This document shows positions 59,798 to 64,000 of a stretch of DNA of 64,000 nucleotides, one piece after another. The stretch is from Toensbergia leucococca. Taxonomy: Eukaryota. Position 1 is the stretch's first letter. Every line of letters begins with the position of its first letter. Location of the stretch: positions 62,001-126,000 of the forward strand of contig JALDZS010000046.1 in assembly GCA_022813965.1 (NCBI GenBank), given 5' to 3'. The notes under the pieces were generated by a model, which worked only from the letters and a program-made list of their open reading frames with translations, was not told the origin of the DNA and ran no database searches. Made by a program: the position numbers and the translations under genes.

Positions 59798-62463
59798 CTA
59801 CCTCTCACAATACCTCACCACCAGCGCCCTGACCTCCCGACTCGTCCCCTGCGGAAGCATATACTCGACGATAAACCTCCTCGTCGCCTCCGACCTCAGT
59901 AGTCCCACCCGTCGCGCATACTCCACCACCACACCATCGTCCACAATCTCTCCAGATCCAGTCCCATCGTCTGCTATGGACTCGTTGCTCCAGGCGCTTT
60001 CGTCAGTGCCGTGGTGGGCGACAAAGTCTCGGAGGCGGAAGAGGCCCTGGCCGGCGAGCCAGCGCTGGTTGCGGTCGTCGGAGTAGGGTTCTGGTTCTGG
60101 GTCTGGGTCTGGATCTGAAGTTGCGGGTAGGGAGTCGGGTATTGGGCTGGGATTTCTTTGGGGAGGGGAAGGGTTGTCGGTTGGGGGGATGTCGAACTCG
60201 TCGTCATCGTCATTGTCATTGTCGTTGTCGTCGTCCAGTGCAGATACCGGGCCTAGGGACTCGAGATCGCCCAGACTACCCTCAATCAGCTGCTGTGCCA
60301 CCTCGATCATGTGCAGACGCTGTTCTTCATCCGCGCGAGAGCGCTGCTGCAGCTCTAACAGCCGGGCGCCTCGTTCGACGATGATTTCGGCGGGGATGCC
60401 GGATTCCGAGACGGCGCGTTCGAGGTCGGCGGCTGTTTGGTTTTCTGGGGTGGTGGTTGGGGGGGCGCCGAGGCCGATCCAGGGGATTATGCGGGAGAAG
60501 AAGGCTTGGAGCCCGTGGAGTTCTTGTTGGGACTCTTCGTTTAGTGCTGGTTGGACTGGAGATGAGTCGCGGAATAGCCAGGGGGGCATGGGACCGGTTG
60601 GATGAGGGACTGTGGAGGCGGTTGAGTAGGAAGAGATGTTGGCGGGAGGTGGGAGTGGGTCTGAGGAGGTGGTTTGCATTGTTGTGAAGCGGCGGGGGAG
60701 GAGACTGATTAAGGAGGGTGTATCTGATAGGAGGATATGGCGAGCTTCGTTTAGGGTGATGGGATCATCTTCTACTGGGTTGTTGGGATATAATTCTACC
60801 GATTCGGCAACTTCGACGAGGAAGGAGATGGCTTCGGGAGTGTTCCAAAGGTCTTTGGCACGGGTGACGTAAATCTTGGACTCAAACTTTTCGCGGTCTG
60901 AGCGAGGCTCTTTGCCCCATATGGATCGGGGAATATGTTCAATGTTCAGTTCGTGGAAAAGGTGGGCGAAGATCCAAGGCCAGGTAGAAATTGCTCTAGC
61001 AAGAGAAGATCGAGATTCTTCCGGACGTTTGAGCTTGTATGTAGCCAGAGCATATGAGATCAAGATGTTGGGCATGCGCTCTCGATCGCCGATTTGAGCG
61101 AAATTGCTGTCGCTCACAAGGGCTACAAAGTGCTCGGCCTGCCCTCCGCGAAGAGCTAATTGATCTAAAATAAGATGGAGGCAGTACGGATCTTCTTCTG
61201 GATCCAGGATCAGTAGGAGTTTTGCCCATTCGTATGCTGTCCGCCAAGTGCCTCTTTGGCCTAAATTGATGATGTACTGCCATGAGGCAAGCCAAAACTC
61301 CCGATTCTCCGGACGACGAAAGTCGAGCCGTGCTTTGCCTTCAGAAAGGGCTGAGATGAAGGAAGAATGTACTGATCGACCAAATGAGAACAGAGCTCGC
61401 TCGAGTAGGTCACCCGCTACCGAGTGATCGCCTTGATGCTTAGCGATCTCCGAGACTTGTAAGAGTGTTGATATATGGTATGCTGAAAAAGGGGTTAGCG
61501 ATATGTACATGGTTTCATTGAAATTAACTCACGGTTAAATTGGAGAAGTTGAATCATGCGTTGCGGATCCATGGACTCTACACAAGACTCGAATTGGTTC
61601 TGCACATCTTGGTATGCTGTATTATGGACAAAGCGATATTGAGTAGTGCCATCCCAGTCCATTCCGTCTGTATCCATGCCAAGGCCACCACTGGTAGCTT
61701 TGGGCCATTCTTCTTTGCCTGGCATAAAGACGTTCCTACGCAAAGCCAATCCAGCCAAGCCCTGACCCCGTGATGCTGGGCTATTCCGACCAGCTAAGGC
61801 GCCTCCGAGGTCAAGATTTTGTGGACCTCGACCACGTCGCCGTCCCGGGCCAGGCGTACCAGCATCTTCGTTATCAGGTTCAAGAACCACGTTGCCAAAT
61901 AGCCTTTTCATTTCATTGAGTGCATTCAAGTGTTTTGACTCGACTGCAAGAAGTCGACATAGTTCGGCGAGCTCAGCCTTTGGTGGATCCGTAAAGTGAT
62001 TGTTAGCGCTTTCCTGAGGATTGGTAGACAGTGATTGTAACGCTAAATCGATTTCATCCAGACCAGATGTATTGTGTGCAATGGACGTCGCGTGTTCTTC
62101 ATCTTCCCTCTTTGCATGCGGTTTTTTGTTTTTCTTCTTTTTCCGGGGCTTTGTTTTGCTTTTCACCTTCGCTGATGGTGTTGGATAATCAATTGTTTGA
62201 ACAGTCGCTTTGCCATTAGGGGAGACTTTTGGTTCCAGAGAGTGCACCGAGTCGTCATCTTCATTACCACCTTCATCATTTCCGTTGAGCATGTCAAAAG
62301 CGTTCACTATCTTGGTAAGCGGAGCCCCGCCCTCGTCGGATGCAGCGTCATCTTGTGACTCATCTCCTTGAGGCTCGTCCTCGTGAAGCTTTTTGAGCTG
62401 TTGCTGTTGCTGTTGCTGCTGCTCTTGCTCTCTTTGCAATCTACGCAAGGCTCTGGAGGACAT
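59798..62463 (-). CDS. RQC1: Ribosome quality control complex subunit Rqc1 (TCF25 family)
   Basis: Exons 62463-61533 and 61482-59798. MSSRALRRLQ start, NALNEMKRLFG, NPYHISTLLQVS, ENREFWLA, GTWRTAYEWAKLLL.LDP..DPY. Confidence 0.92.
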
Positions 62464-62693
62464 GACCCTAAGCCTTTTCTCGCAGTAGATTGTAGCTGTG
62501 TTGCTTGAGGTCTCGGTGTAGCTATTCGAAGGGAGTCAAATTGTTTGCAGATATTTAAGGCCGTGGGGCCAATATGACGCAGAGATATGACTTACCTTAC
62601 TGTAGATGATGTGTGATTTAAGGTTATCAGATTAGATTACGAGTACGGATAGATTGTCCTCTTTTAGCTCAAGTGCACGTGACACATCAAATG

Positions 62694-62723
62694 CAGTCAC
62701 AGTCAGTCAGTCAGTCAGTCAGT
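62694..62723. repeat. (CAGT)n microsatellite in the RQC1-PTC5 divergent promoter
   Basis: CAGTCACAGTCAGTCAGTCAGTCAGTCAGT. Confidence 0.85.
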
Positions 62724-62939
62724 GGACTCGATTCAAATCAAAGGGTGTTGAATGTACAAGGTTGTGAAGAGGTGAGGTTAACTCAAGTTCGTATTTCAGA
62801 CCTTGATGTTTCCTGATTCGTTGCTGACCTGGCCTGAACTCAGTCCTCCGCACTATTAAAATCTAGATAGCACGCATCATCATCTTTACTCTCTCACCTC
62901 TCGGAAGATTGAGTCTCAAGAGAATTTCAACGCCACCCG

Positions 62940-64000
62940 ATGCGTCGAGCAGCTATTCGAGCTTTTCGTACTGCTCGACTAAGTCCAGTGCGCAAATTCC
63001 TAAGCTCCAAGGGCTTTCCGGCTTCGTCAGCAAGCAACGCACTGGGACTGCATCCATTGATCCCCTCGTCGAAACAGAATGCTTCACTTCATCCCCTACA
63101 ATCTTCCATGTACTTCCGCAACTTTTCTGTAGCCTTGGTGTCTGCCTTGGTTGGCTCGGGAGCTTGGTATACTTACAAAGGAACTTTATCCGAATCTAGA
63201 AGTCTGACAAACACGACTGCTTTGGATGAAGGATTGGTAGCAAGTGTGCAAAAGAATCCTACCTCAGCCTCGCATTTGGAATACACATCAACTATTGCTT
63301 CTCCTGCAATTGGGAGCGTTGTTGAAGCTATAGCACCCGAGACAAGTCGGAGGACATTGGTTGTGGAAAACGATCAATTCTATACTGCCGAACTATTAGA
63401 AGACGAACCTCTCACTAAAGAAAGCGAAGACGATGGTCATAAGGTCCTAGAGATGATGACCCCAGACCAAGCCACGCAGCACCTTCGCCGGAATGAGGAA
63501 TCTTATCTAGTTGGCCGGGGGGAGGGAGTCGTCCGGTATGATGTCGTACAAATAGCGAGCAATAGCCCTATCGAAGACGACCATGCAGAAAAGATAATTG
63601 AGAGGCCGCAGAATGTCACCGTAACACCAGATGGATCATCGAGTAGCGATTGGATGTTCTGGGGTGTATTTGACGGGCATAGGTATTGAGAATATTGGAA
63701 TTTCTTTGTCTAGGCGTCACTAACCTATACAGCGGATGGACTACTTCTGCAAAGCTTCGACAGGTTCTCATCTCATTCGTAGCCCGAGAATTAAACACAA
63801 CCTACAAATCTGCCCTCGCCTTTCCCGCCCCAGAATCCATCGACGCCGCCATAAAAAAGGGCTTCCTCCGCCTCGACCACGAAATCATCCACGAAAGTCT
63901 CGACAAAGTCTTCAAAGCAAACTCCAAACGTGCAGCAGCCGAACTCCTCGCCCCCGCTTTATCCGGCTCTTGCGCCCTCCTTTCCTTCTACGACTCCAAG
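62940..64000 (+). CDS. PTC5: Mitochondrial PP2C pyruvate dehydrogenase phosphatase (partial, runs off the window)
   Basis: Arg-rich presequence, SNSPIEDDH, FWGVFDGH/SGWTTS (intron 63683-63732), APALSGSCALL. Confidence 0.92.

Overview
Gene-dense, intron-containing DNA from a filamentous ascomycete (Pezizomycotina). A lichen-forming Lecanoromycete is plausible but is only an inference. I built about 22 protein-coding gene models by hand from GT-AG introns. Conserved core genes: RGS protein, BCH-RhoGAP, MET6, steroid 5-alpha-reductase-like, SAK1/Ssp1-like kinase, kelch membrane protein, crzA, AIM19, HLJ1, UFD2, RHO1, MRPL40, ALG14, IMA1, RQC1 and a partial PTC5. Two segments look accessory. The first (33.5-39.3 kb) holds a collapsed HET-domain pseudogene and a divergent Zn2Cys6 regulator / AIF-AMID(FSP1)-like oxidoreductase pair with a same-strand TCGG array between them. 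The second (52.4-55.3 kb) holds a cyanamide hydratase and a small secreted orphan protein. Two patterns are not explained by any gene model. (1) Two ~0.6-0.7 kb intergenic patches have no CCA/TGG and almost no CpG but are rich in TCA/TGA, a C-to-T signature unlike canonical CpA-to-TpA RIP. (2) Sharp C-rich to G-rich skew switches recur regardless of gene orientation. I could not support any tRNA, rRNA, CRISPR array or intact transposon. All counts are by eye and no database searches were run.
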